Sequence record: PZ445443.1
DNA from: a phage
Direction: 5' to 3' (one strand)
DNA length: 64,000 nt
Each line of letters opens with the position of its first letter. Position 1 is the first letter of the stretch. The notes under the pieces are model-generated. The model made no database searches. It was given only the letters and a program-made list of their open reading frames with translations, and was not told where the DNA came from. The position numbers and the translations under genes are program-made. Positions 17,810-25,981 of the stretch are shown here, piece after piece.

Positions 17810-18160
17810 ATGAATACTTCCATCACTATGACCACCGAAGAAAAAGCCCTGCAGATCGCCGCTCTGAAAAAACAGATTGCAGAACTGGAAGACAAGATCG
17901 ACAATTTTGAAATCGACGAAGACAAATACGATGATAAATATGATGAATGGTTGGACGAGATCCACGGCGAAATTATGATCGGTTGTATCTCTTTCCTCCC
18001 TTCACGTATCCTTAGGGAGCTGGATCCTATCGCTTACCGTTGCGGCTTTAGCGATTATATTGATAGCCTAGATATTGAAGATGACGAAGAATACCAGGAA
18101 TTGCAGACAGAGCTTGAAGAAGCAAAAGAAGAGCTTGCAGAACTGGAAGAAAACGAGTAA
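17810..18160 (+). CDS. hypothetical highly acidic protein (116 aa)
   Basis: ATG after AAAGGAGAA RBS; Asp/Glu-rich coiled-coil-like sequence. Confidence 0.55.
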   Translation: MNTSITMTTEEKALQIAALKKQIAELEDKIDNFEIDEDKYDDKYDEWLDEIHGEIMIGCISFLPSRILRELDPIAYRCGFSDYIDSLDIEDDEEYQELQTELEEAKEELAELEENE

Positions 18161-18210
18161 ATTTATTTTTAGATGGCCTTGACTCCAGGGCCATCAATAA
18201 AGTAAACTTT
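18161..18210 (+). promoter_or_regulatory. repeated promoter/operator-like cassette, copy 2
   Basis: Near-identical to 17529 copy. Confidence 0.45.
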
Positions 18211-18249
18211 ACACTGTTAACACTGAACTAATACAGAGGAGTTAAAACC

Positions 18250-18495
18250 ATGGCAGCACTAATCACCAAATATTATGCCCCTACCAACACCAAAAGCGCC
18301 CGTATCATGGTAAAAGGCTTCGGACGTAAAAAGGTTTACACCTGGGATTATTCCCTAGACATGGAAGACAACTACACCAACGCAATGACCGATTTTATTA
18401 ATGAACTAAATAAGCAGATCTTGACAAGTTATAAAGTGACAGATATTGCTTATATAGGTGAAGGCGGGATCTGTTTTGTGGGCATTGTGAAATAG
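18250..18495 (+). CDS. hypothetical protein
   Basis: ATG after AGAGGAG RBS. Confidence 0.55.
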   Translation: MAALITKYYAPTNTKSARIMVKGFGRKKVYTWDYSLDMEDNYTNAMTDFINELNKQILTSYKVTDIAYIGEGGICFVGIVK

Positions 18496-18545
18496 TTATT
18501 TTTTCGGTGGTCCTGGCTGCAGGGCCATCTATAAAGATAATTTAT
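18496..18545 (+). promoter_or_regulatory. repeated promoter/operator-like cassette, diverged copy
   Basis: TTATTTTTTCGGTGGTCCTGGCTGCAGGGCCATCTATAAAGATAAT shares the CAGGGCCATC(A/T)ATAAAG core. Confidence 0.4.
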
Positions 18546-18569
18546 TAACACCATGAAAGGAGAAAGTAC

Positions 18570-18923
18570 ATGATCAGCGGGGCTAGTTTTATTATTGGCG
18601 CTATTGCTACGGCTTTAATTGTAAACAAGATCCAGGATAAAAAGGAAAGAGGAAGTACCGCCCTTGCAGAATATCCATTTTGGACATTTAACGATAACGA
18701 AGATTATATTATAAAGTATAAAAATAAAGAGGGTGACCAAGTAACACCGCGACCGATCCCAGCTTACAAGATGCAGGAAACACTATACCGCCTGGAGGCG
18801 GGGGGCGCAAAAATTGTAGACTTTTGGGGATACGACCACACAGATCAGGAAGTTATAAAGCGCCGTATCCGGGCTATTCAGGCCAATATTGAAGTTAGCA
18901 AGGGGGGAATATATGAAAATTAA
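18570..18923 (+). CDS. hypothetical protein with N-terminal transmembrane segment
   Basis: ATG after AAAGGAGAAAG RBS; MISGASFIIGAIATALIV hydrophobic start. Confidence 0.5.
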   Translation: MISGASFIIGAIATALIVNKIQDKKERGSTALAEYPFWTFNDNEDYIIKYKNKEGDQVTPRPIPAYKMQETLYRLEAGGAKIVDFWGYDHTDQEVIKRRIRAIQANIEVSKGGIYEN

Positions 18924-19110
18924 TTTCGAGAAAATTGTAAAGCGCCCTCATGATTCCGAAGAGCTGCCAGAACGCCGCCAGCGTAACAATAAACTGAATA
19001 AGCCAAAAAGGTTTGGGAAGATCTGGCGTAATCATTATGATCGTAAATTGCCCGGCCTACTTTTGGAGCGTGAACGACAGGCAGAACGATACCGCCATAA
19101 AGACAAATAA
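18913..19110 (+). CDS. hypothetical basic protein
   Basis: ATG 18913 after AAGGGGGG RBS; Arg/Lys-rich. Confidence 0.45.
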   Translation: MKINFEKIVKRPHDSEELPERRQRNNKLNKPKRFGKIWRNHYDRKLPGLLLERERQAERYRHKDK

Positions 19111-19117
19111 CAACCAA

Positions 19118-19146
19118 CGCCCAGCCATTGTGCGGGGCTTTTTATT
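19118..19146 (+). terminator. rho-independent terminator
   Basis: GCCCAGC-CATTGT-GCGGGGC hairpin followed by TTTTTATTT. Confidence 0.6.
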
Positions 19147-19268
19147 TCTATCCTACGAATAGCGCCCCTGGTTGGCCCTGTAAGCGCCAAAAAGGCCCCC
19201 ACCTATGCAATCGCCCCCTTTAACCTGAAAACATCGCCCAGGGCCGTTTCATGGCGTTAAAAATATCA

Positions 19269-19296
19269 TTGACATCGTCAACAGGTTAGCTATACT
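19269..19296 (+). promoter_or_regulatory. sigma70-like promoter
   Basis: TTGACA, 16 bp spacer, TATACT. Confidence 0.55.
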
Positions 19297-19328
19297 AACC
19301 ACATCAAAGAGAGAAAGGAGTAAACGCC

Positions 19329-19601
19329 ATGCGTAAATTAAAAAATTTTGATAAAGTTGATGTTATCCTGAATAATTTTTACTACTGCAACAACAAGGCT
19401 ATTTGGTGGCGTGATAGTTCCACCGATAAAGTCAGGGCGCGCTTTCTTCAGGGGCACTGGCAAGGCCGCCCGGTGATTAAAATCATGGGGCAATTGGTAG
19501 CGTTTAAAAATTGCCGCCGTGTTGATGACGTTGAGGAGATTTTAAACATTTTGCGCCACAATAATTTAAAAAAAATAGTGTTGACAAGTAAGCCTCAATA
19601 A
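19329..19601 (+). CDS. hypothetical protein
   Basis: ATG after AAAGGAG RBS. Confidence 0.55.
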   Translation: MRKLKNFDKVDVILNNFYYCNNKAIWWRDSSTDKVRARFLQGHWQGRPVIKIMGQLVAFKNCRRVDDVEEILNILRHNNLKKIVLTSKPQ

Positions 19602-19608
19602 GTATACT
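19581..19608 (+). promoter_or_regulatory. sigma70-like promoter
   Basis: TTGACA, 16 bp spacer, TATACT; followed by hairpin GGCGGGAAAACTTCCCGCC. Confidence 0.55.
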
Positions 19609-19665
19609 TAAACACACAGGCGGGAAAACTTCCCGCCACTAACAAAGAAAATAGGAGAAAATATC

Positions 19666-20289
19666 ATGACCACCGTTAACATTACCGCAGGTTACAATTT
19701 ATCTTTCGACGTGCTGACCGACGAACAAAAAGAAAAAGCCGTTGAAATGGTCCGCGAAAGAGAAGAACACAGCGGGGATAACTTTTTTGCAGAAAGTGTA
19801 ATTGAATACTATAAAGAATATGTTTTTCCAGAGTATGGCCTTGAAGATACCGAAGTACATTGGTCAGGCTTTTGGTGCCAGGGTGACGGCGCGTCAATCA
19901 GTGCTGAAAACGTGGATTTAGAAAAATTTTTGCGTAAAGTAAAGGCCCTGACCAAGTTCCGATCAATTCGTCACTTGTTCGGCACAATGCACGATGGCGA
20001 GTTATCAGCCAGTGTTGAACGCGACAAGTACAGCCATTACAGCCATGAAAACACTGTAAGCGGGTACATTGATACCACTTGGCTAGATCTGACCGCCAAA
20101 CAAGAAAACAAAGTTGAAGAGCTGGAAGAGCTGATCACCGAGACGGTACGGGAGCTATCCCGCAAGGTTTACGTAGACCTGGAGGAGGCCTATCTTGAAC
20201 AGTTTACTACCGAAAACCTGATCGGCCTTATTGAAGCCAATGATTGGCGGTTTGATGTGGATGAATATGGGGAGATGAGTTTTTCATAA
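19666..20289 (+). CDS. hypothetical protein
   Basis: ATG after ATAGGAGAA RBS; 207 aa. Confidence 0.55.
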   Translation: MTTVNITAGYNLSFDVLTDEQKEKAVEMVREREEHSGDNFFAESVIEYYKEYVFPEYGLEDTEVHWSGFWCQGDGASISAENVDLEKFLRKVKALTKFRSIRHLFGTMHDGELSASVERDKYSHYSHENTVSGYIDTTWLDLTAKQENKVEELEELITETVRELSRKVYVDLEEAYLEQFTTENLIGLIEANDWRFDVDEYGEMSFS

Positions 20290-20297
20290 ATAAAGTG

Positions 20298-20325
20298 TTG
20301 CAATAATCTAAAAACCTGCTATATT
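20298..20325 (+). promoter_or_regulatory. sigma70-like promoter
   Basis: TTGCAA, 16 bp spacer, TATATT; followed by hairpin GGGGCGAGATGACTTGCCCC. Confidence 0.5.
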
Positions 20326-20378
20326 AAAACTCAAGGGGCGAGATGACTTGCCCCACACAAAACAAAGAGGATAACATC

Positions 20379-20759
20379 ATGAAAAACACCACCAAGGCCA
20401 TTGACACCGTTATGTTTAACCTGGTTACATTCCGTGAAGATATGAAAGATCTTCCACGTGAAACAGTGTGCGACCATATCGAAAACTATCGCAAACTTAT
20501 TAAAGAATTGCCATTGAAACGAGATCAGTACGCGGCTAACGCCATGCTTAACGCCATGATCAAAAAGATGATTCAGTGTGATTTAACTCTGGCCTATGAT
20601 TATGCAGGTGGTCGTTTTGCAGTATACAATCAGCCCGTGCCTGGTATGAGCACCACCGAAGAATTGCACGCGCTCAATCTAAAACAAGATGTGTGGGATA
20701 GTATGCCCCGCGTGGTGGTATGGGTAGAAAGCGGAAAGATTTACGGCGATAATTTTTAA
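20379..20759 (+). CDS. hypothetical protein
   Basis: ATG 20379 after AAGAGGA RBS. Confidence 0.5.
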   Translation: MKNTTKAIDTVMFNLVTFREDMKDLPRETVCDHIENYRKLIKELPLKRDQYAANAMLNAMIKKMIQCDLTLAYDYAGGRFAVYNQPVPGMSTTEELHALNLKQDVWDSMPRVVVWVESGKIYGDNF

Positions 20760-20826
20760 TCAGGTAACAGGCGGCGGCATATTTGCCGCCTTATTGTTAA
20801 TCAGAACTGTAAAAGAGGTACATAGA

Positions 20827-21198
20827 ATGGAATTTATCATTTTGGCTATATTAGTTGCCTTGTTTAACGCCTGGATCGCTGGCAAGATGGGTAGATCCGC
20901 CTTTTTATGGTTTATTATATCTATCTTCCTGGGAGTGGTTGCAACTATTGTATTGGTTATCCTTGCAATTGTTGACAAGGGGAATAATAGAAAGGGTAAA
21001 GTATTTTCAGACCTGTACGACGCTCAAACGTTTGTCAACGCCTATTATAGTGATCTTCCAGTCTCCCTACGTTGCAGCCTTGCACAACAGGTTTTCGATG
21101 AAGCTAAAACCAGAGATCACGCCCATGAGATTTGTTTAACTGAGGCGGATCGCCTATTTGAGAGGAATAGAAAATATGTGGACCAGCCGTTTAAATAA
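20827..21198 (+). CDS. putative membrane protein
   Basis: ATG 20827 after AAAGAGG RBS; two hydrophobic segments. Confidence 0.5.
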   Translation: MEFIILAILVALFNAWIAGKMGRSAFLWFIISIFLGVVATIVLVILAIVDKGNNRKGKVFSDLYDAQTFVNAYYSDLPVSLRCSLAQQVFDEAKTRDHAHEICLTEADRLFERNRKYVDQPFK

Positions 21199-21397
21199 TG
21201 CCACGTTAATTAACCCCTTTAGTGAAGATTTGAAGCCAGCCGCCTGGCGTGATGGATTCAATAACGAAAGCTTTATTTTCAGGCCTGATCTTAAGGAATT
21301 TTATAACAATGGATCGAACAACGACAGAGATAATTTTTCTTGTAATGTGCGTGGTGATAATACTCCTGGGGGCCATTGCAAACCACGTCACTGCTAA
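21176..21397 (+). CDS. hypothetical protein
   Basis: ATG 21176 after GAGGAA RBS. Confidence 0.4.
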   Translation: MWTSRLNNATLINPFSEDLKPAAWRDGFNNESFIFRPDLKEFYNNGSNNDRDNFSCNVRGDNTPGGHCKPRHC

Positions 21398-21417
21398 CAG
21401 GAGGGAAGGGGGAGACG

Positions 21418-21537
21418 ATGACACCCAAGGATAAGCCCCGCACCGATAAGGCGCGCCGTGTTATGGTATGGCTTGAGATCATCGCCCTTGAAATATTGTT
21501 AGGCGTAGGGATGTATTTTATCGCTGTAAGTAACTGA
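21418..21537 (+). CDS. small hydrophobic peptide (39 aa)
   Basis: ATG after AGGAGGGAAGGGGGAG RBS; followed by terminator. Confidence 0.4.
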   Translation: MTPKDKPRTDKARRVMVWLEIIALEILLGVGMYFIAVSN

Positions 21538-21541
21538 TAAC

Positions 21542-21578
21542 GGCCCCCGATCCCTGGGGGCCTAACTTTTTAATTTTT
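21542..21578 (+). terminator. rho-independent terminator
   Basis: GGCCCCC-GATCCCT-GGGGGCC hairpin followed by T-rich run. Confidence 0.65.
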
Positions 21579-21592
21579 TTTCTCCCTGGGTG

Positions 21593-21620
21593 TTGCAATC
21601 CGATCCAGAATATGGATAAT
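21593..21620 (+). promoter_or_regulatory. sigma70-like promoter
   Basis: TTGCAA, 16 bp spacer, GATAAT; spacer shares AATATGGATAATAA with promoter at 22759. Confidence 0.45.
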
Positions 21621-21679
21621 AACAATCAACGGGGAGACACTCCCCACCGCACAGACAAAGTTCCAAAAGGAGAAACAAA

Positions 21680-21880
21680 ATGAGCAATAATATCCGCGTT
21701 ATTAACTTCAAAAAAGAAGAAAAAATTGCTGTACTGGTTGATGGTCAAGAAATCTTCAAGGGCGATTATGAAGATCATCAAACGGCGATTAGTATCACTC
21801 GCGTGATTGGTTACCATAATTTCTACCCCCAAGGCGCTGAGGCAGCAGTTAAACGAATCAAAGAGATTGTAGGCCTGTAA
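21680..21880 (+). CDS. hypothetical protein
   Basis: ATG after AAAGGAGAAA RBS. Confidence 0.55.
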   Translation: MSNNIRVINFKKEEKIAVLVDGQEIFKGDYEDHQTAISITRVIGYHNFYPQGAEAAVKRIKEIVGL

Positions 21881-21930
21881 AATTTATTTTTAGATGGCCT
21901 TGACTCCAGGGCCATCAATAAAGTAAATTT
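21880..21930 (+). promoter_or_regulatory. repeated promoter/operator-like cassette, copy 3
   Basis: Near-identical to 17529 and 18161 copies; -10 candidate TAAATT. Confidence 0.45.
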
Positions 21931-21973
21931 AAACCCTGTTAAAATACCACGCAGTTAACAAGGAGTGATAGAC

Positions 21974-22273
21974 ATGTTTATCCAGGCTAATAATCTTTAT
22001 TTCTTTGATGGTCAGATCGTAGATGGTGTGGAAGTGGAGATCACCGGGTGCCCTGGCGGTCAGGCTATGACTTTCCGGAATAATGCCTTTGATGATTCTC
22101 ATATCGTTATGAAAATGGAAGTTACGAAGCTGGACGACAAGAAAGCACTCATTGACTATTCTGTGAAAGATCATCCAGACTACCACATGATCTATGGTGA
22201 TTTGTGCATTGTTGACCGTGACAAGGTAGGCGGCATTGTGATCGCTATTGTGAACGATGTTTTCTCAAACTAA
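21974..22273 (+). CDS. hypothetical protein
   Basis: ATG 21974 after AAGGAG RBS (track start GTG 21965). Confidence 0.5.
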   Translation: MFIQANNLYFFDGQIVDGVEVEITGCPGGQAMTFRNNAFDDSHIVMKMEVTKLDDKKALIDYSVKDHPDYHMIYGDLCIVDRDKVGGIVIAIVNDVFSN

Positions 22274-22290
22274 TTTCAGCAGGTGATTTT

Positions 22291-22641
22291 ATGAAAGTCA
22301 AACTATATTACCTTAATGAGCTTAACCCCCTTGCCCAGGTCCGCGCCCTGGCTAATACCTTGATTTGTGAGAAATCTGTATATTGTGTTGAGCTTAACGC
22401 CATGCGTGAACGTCTCAAAGGTGGTTACTTTGACATCCATGCTGCAATCAACGGCCTGAATATGGAATTTATACGCCTACGTAACAGCCGCCGGAATCTG
22501 GCAAGAATGGAACAAGATCCGGCCCACCTTCGTAAACTGGTTATTGAAAATCATCTGATGTTCAATGCCGAGGGTGATTATTACCATTTTAACCGCAAAC
22601 GTTGGTACCGTGGCGGCAATACAGACAAGGATGCAAAATAA
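22291..22641 (+). CDS. hypothetical protein
   Basis: ATG after AGGTGA RBS. Confidence 0.5.
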   Translation: MKVKLYYLNELNPLAQVRALANTLICEKSVYCVELNAMRERLKGGYFDIHAAINGLNMEFIRLRNSRRNLARMEQDPAHLRKLVIENHLMFNAEGDYYHFNRKRWYRGGNTDKDAK

Positions 22642-22677
22642 GGCCCCTAGCAGGGCCTGCAGCGATATAATCACATA

Positions 22678-22710
22678 AAGGCCATGCAACCGCATGGCCT
22701 TTATTATTTT
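22678..22710 (+). terminator. rho-independent terminator
   Basis: GGCCATGC-AACC-GCATGGCC hairpin followed by TTTATTATTTT. Confidence 0.7.
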
Positions 22711-22758
22711 GGCGTTACAACGGCATACGGAGCGCTTAAAAATTTTTTAAATAAGTAC

Positions 22759-22786
22759 TTGCATCATGTCCGACAATATGGATAAT
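22759..22786 (+). promoter_or_regulatory. sigma70-like promoter
   Basis: TTGCAT, 16 bp spacer, GATAAT. Confidence 0.45.
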
Positions 22787-22845
22787 AAGAGTTGTCGAAG
22801 GGGCTATGCCTCCAATCATTAACCGGATAGATAGGAGTTAAAATC

Positions 22846-23130
22846 ATGGCTATTGTTACCGCTGGTGATGTAGTAGAAATGGAAGCAAAATACTTAAAAA
22901 CTGGTATGCATATCCTACGCAACGATCTTGAACTGGTCCTGACAATGGTTGACTATAACCCAGGGCAAGATTATCCAAGTGTTGACTACTTTTTTGAGTA
23001 TGTCGATGAAGAGCTAAAAGAGGATGAGGCCTACTGCGGAGAATTCTGCAACTACTTTTGCCCTGACGAGGTTGTAAAAGTTATCTACCAACCTGGCGTA
23101 CCTTTCCCGCTACACGCTATCAATAAATAA
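22846..23130 (+). CDS. hypothetical protein
   Basis: ATG after ATAGGAG RBS. Confidence 0.55.
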   Translation: MAIVTAGDVVEMEAKYLKTGMHILRNDLELVLTMVDYNPGQDYPSVDYFFEYVDEELKEDEAYCGEFCNYFCPDEVVKVIYQPGVPFPLHAINK

Positions 23131-23185
23131 ACCTGGCGGGGCCGAAAAGGCCCCCAATTATGAAAATAAAGAGAGGCAAATCATC

Positions 23186-23419
23186 ATGATGGAACAAATT
23201 AAACGCGCCGAGGCTATTAATGGCAACGTGATCTATTTTGTCAGCAAAAACGAAAAAGGCGTACCCTATGCGGCGGTAATAGTACAGCCTGACGGCGATT
23301 ATTGGTGCACTGTGTACGGCGCTTATTCTTTTGGGCGTCCAGTGCATGATAAAATTTTGAAAGTAGCGAACCCTACCGGGAAAAATATCACAGCAGAAAA
23401 ATTTTTTGAAAATAGTTGA
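23186..23419 (+). CDS. hypothetical protein
   Basis: ATG after AAGAGAGG RBS; 5' UTR hairpin GGGGCCGAAAAGGCCCC. Confidence 0.55.
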   Translation: MMEQIKRAEAINGNVIYFVSKNEKGVPYAAVIVQPDGDYWCTVYGAYSFGRPVHDKILKVANPTGKNITAEKFFENS

Positions 23420-23443
23420 CACGACCATATAAGACTGTAGTAT
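23416..23443 (+). promoter_or_regulatory. sigma70-like promoter
   Basis: TTGACA, 16 bp spacer, TAGTAT. Confidence 0.45.
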
Positions 23444-23496
23444 ATAAATCAAAGGGGGGCAACAAGCCCCACCAACCACAAAGAGGATAAAAAATC

Positions 23497-23676
23497 ATGG
23501 CTATTATTGCAAAGACTGAGATCGTAGGCTTAGATTCTATTCTTCTCGCATATGAGGAAGCTATAGAAATGTATGTGGTTTCCTATGGTGAATATATCCG
23601 TGAATATAAATCTATTGATCTAGCTTTTGAATGTTATATTCGCCAGGTCAATAAAGCATATGATGATTATCGTTAA
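23497..23676 (+). CDS. hypothetical small protein (59 aa)
   Basis: ATG after AAGAGGATAA RBS with promoter and 5' hairpin; below ORF-track cutoff. Confidence 0.5.
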   Translation: MAIIAKTEIVGLDSILLAYEEAIEMYVVSYGEYIREYKSIDLAFECYIRQVNKAYDDYR

Positions 23677-23682
23677 AATAGT

Positions 23683-23710
23683 TTGACAACAGTCAACAAT
23701 CTGGTAAAGT
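23683..23710 (+). promoter_or_regulatory. sigma70-like promoter
   Basis: TTGACA, 16 bp spacer, TAAAGT; followed by hairpin GCGGGAATACTTCCCGC. Confidence 0.45.
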
Positions 23711-23758
23711 GTACTACATAGCGCGGGAATACTTCCCGCCATTAATGAGGATAATTTA

Positions 23759-23896
23759 ATGAAAACTTTCAACGCAACAGTCTCGACAATTGGTTATATT
23801 ATTACAGTACAAGCCGTGGATCTGGTAGCAGCAGCAAACAAGATTAAAAAGATGATTCCGCCAGGCAGTGAATTTTCCGTTTGGAAAGTAAAATAA
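23759..23896 (+). CDS. hypothetical small protein (45 aa)
   Basis: ATG after TGAGGA RBS; below ORF-track cutoff. Confidence 0.4.
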   Translation: MKTFNATVSTIGYIITVQAVDLVAAANKIKKMIPPGSEFSVWKVK

Positions 23897-23899
23897 ATC

Positions 23900-23927
23900 T
23901 TGACAATAGTTTATTACTTGATAGACT
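23900..23927 (+). promoter_or_regulatory. sigma70-like promoter
   Basis: TTGACA, 16 bp spacer, TAGACT. Confidence 0.4.
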
Positions 23928-24094
23928 GTATTTCGTAGGGCGGGGCAATAAGGCAACGCCCATTAATGATGGTAGAATCATGTTAGATAAAATTTTCACG
24001 GTTGTAGTAGTTGGCCTGGCATTATAGGTTGGAGTGGTTGCAACTATGGCTAACATGATCCTATCTTCCCATGGTATCGGTTAAGGTGAATCAA

Positions 24095-24310
24095 ATGATC
24101 ACGAATAAGACAGGTAAAACGGAATTCTTGCGCGGCTTGCAGATCGGCAAGCCAGAGATCTGGTATTGCACTAAAACACCACGTGACGAAATGAAAGACT
24201 TCACCGCCACGCTGCAACGGGTAAAGATATCCATCACGCAGAAAAAGGCCTTGATAGTGGTGGAAGGTGAGATCCCTCAAACCGTTGTTATAGTTGAGCG
24301 TACAGCATAG
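24095..24310 (+). CDS. hypothetical protein
   Basis: ATG 24095 after AAGGTGA RBS. Confidence 0.45.
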   Translation: MITNKTGKTEFLRGLQIGKPEIWYCTKTPRDEMKDFTATLQRVKISITQKKALIVVEGEIPQTVVIVERTA

Positions 24311-24401
24311 TTTAATTTATAGCGATACCTGAAAATTAACCAATAAATCATAAACAGGCGGTTACCGCCGCCTTAAACGTAGCAGAAAGAGGCTAGACAC
24401 A

Positions 24402-24686
24402 ATGAAAAAGATGATCGCAGTAGTTGCCCTGGTTGTTGGACTTAATGCACCTGTAATGGCTAAAGAGCTGGCAAAAGAGGTTAATCTAACGGATATCCAT
24501 GCCGTCAATCAAATCGGGGTTACTTATCGCTTATGCCTTGCCGCTAAAACTTTTAATGACGGTACAACAGAGTACTACGGATTCGAAGGTATCCGGTGCG
24601 GTGAGCTTGCTCGCGACCTTAAGGAAGATCCAGACCTGGAAGATCTGCCCATCACCGTAAACGGTAAAGCTTACGTAAACCGTTAA
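24402..24686 (+). CDS. putative secreted protein
   Basis: N-terminal signal-peptide-like MKKMIAVVALVVGLNAPVMA; ATG after AAAGAGG RBS. Confidence 0.55.
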   Translation: MKKMIAVVALVVGLNAPVMAKELAKEVNLTDIHAVNQIGVTYRLCLAAKTFNDGTTEYYGFEGIRCGELARDLKEDPDLEDLPITVNGKAYVNR

Positions 24687-24688
24687 CC

Positions 24689-24823
24689 ATGAGAAAGATA
24701 ATCATCACCTTGGGGATTGTGGCGGGATCGCTGGCGCTCTTTCCCCTTATGGTTAGGTATGTGCTGATCAGTATTGTCCTGGTAGTCAGTGATCTATTGG
24801 AAACGGTTGGCACCTTGTTTTAA
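24689..24823 (+). CDS. small hydrophobic peptide (44 aa)
   Basis: ATG 2 nt after upstream stop; MRKIIITLGIVAGSLALFPLMVRYVLISIVLVV...; no strong RBS. Confidence 0.3.
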   Translation: MRKIIITLGIVAGSLALFPLMVRYVLISIVLVVSDLLETVGTLF

Positions 24824-24835
24824 AGAGCGGTAAAA

Positions 24836-25027
24836 ATGAATATCGAACAAGTTAGAAAAGTATTAGCGGTACTGCGTTATCATAATCATAGAAAGGTCAT
24901 AGACGATCCTGATTATGTTGATTCAAGCCTGGAAGGGGATACACTACAAGCTATAAGTAACATGCAAGAATTGCTAAAGCGCATGACAGAGAAAAACCGA
25001 CCGGACTACATAGGCGAAAAAATATAA
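24836..25027 (+). CDS. hypothetical protein
   Basis: Co-oriented ORF followed by hairpin. Confidence 0.45.
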   Translation: MNIEQVRKVLAVLRYHNHRKVIDDPDYVDSSLEGDTLQAISNMQELLKRMTEKNRPDYIGEKI

Positions 25028-25043
25028 TATTTATAAACTACAA

Positions 25044-25071
25044 AACAGGGCTTGCAATGGTCCTGTTTTTT
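25044..25071 (+). terminator. putative intrinsic terminator
   Basis: AACAGGG...CCTGTT imperfect hairpin followed by TTTTTTG. Confidence 0.4.
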
Positions 25072-25155
25072 GTTATACTTGTTTCACGGCAGGCACCTGG
25101 CGACGGGTGGAGACAATCACCGGGCCTGCCTGTCATATAAGAACTATAAAAACCG

Positions 25156-25184
25156 TTGACATCTGCCATGGGGTGGGGTAACAT
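25156..25184 (+). promoter_or_regulatory. putative sigma70-like promoter
   Basis: TTGACA with weak TAACAT -10. Confidence 0.35.
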
Positions 25185-25238
25185 TTATCTTGAAGGGGCA
25201 AAAGTGCCCACACAACAACCAGGAGAGAGGAAAACACT

Positions 25239-25511
25239 ATGTCAAGCTGGATTAATCAAGAAGTCGAATCACGTTTTAATGCTATTTGGGATCTCATCGA
25301 AAAAGAGGACGGAACATCAAGCCCCTACCTCAACAATTTGGAATTCCATTTTGTGGAAGCGATGAACGCAGAACATGATCACGAAGGTGGCGCGGATGAG
25401 TTCGCTAAAGGTTATGGCTTTAACAATGCCAACGAAATGATCGAGGCGGTAGTACTCCAGGCTGAGGAAGATTATCAATTAAAAACGCTTGAATTCTGCC
25501 GCCATAAGTAA
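25239..25511 (+). CDS. hypothetical protein
   Basis: ATG after AGGAGAGAGG RBS. Confidence 0.55.
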   Translation: MSSWINQEVESRFNAIWDLIEKEDGTSSPYLNNLEFHFVEAMNAEHDHEGGADEFAKGYGFNNANEMIEAVVLQAEEDYQLKTLEFCRHK

Positions 25512-25571
25512 TAAGATAATGACACGGGCCAAAAGGCCCACTAATCAGAACCGCACAAAGAGGTAAACATC

Positions 25572-25835
25572 ATGAAACGTCTTGACCAGCTCAAACTAGT
25601 TCAATATATGGCTTATCGTGTTCTTGAAGTCCAGAAAGGTAGCAAAAAAGAGGTTTGCGAGAAAGCTTATAAGATCTTTACCCGCAAAAAAGATGACTGG
25701 ATGCTACGCCAGACCAAAAAAGCCGATATACTGGGGTACCTGGAAGAAGAGATCCGCCTTGAAGAACAAGAAGAGATCCGCCGTAGTGAGGCAGATTATC
25801 AGGCAGCTTGGGAAAACTGGATGAGCAACAAATAA
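25572..25835 (+). CDS. hypothetical protein
   Basis: ATG after AAGAGGTAAA RBS; 5' hairpin GGGCCAAAAGGCCC. Confidence 0.55.
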   Translation: MKRLDQLKLVQYMAYRVLEVQKGSKKEVCEKAYKIFTRKKDDWMLRQTKKADILGYLEEEIRLEEQEEIRRSEADYQAAWENWMSNK

Positions 25836-25903
25836 TACAACAAGTTACATGGTCAGGGGGGCAATAAAGCCCCTTGATCGCATGAAAATTATGCTATCTC
25901 TGG

Positions 25904-25932
25904 TTGACAGGGATCGGCAGTTTTGCTATATT
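25904..25932 (+). promoter_or_regulatory. sigma70-like promoter
   Basis: TTGACA, 17 bp spacer, TATATT. Confidence 0.55.
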
Positions 25933-25981
25933 CTTTTTTAAAGGGAAGTTGTAAGAAAATTAACTAAGAGGTAAAAACACC

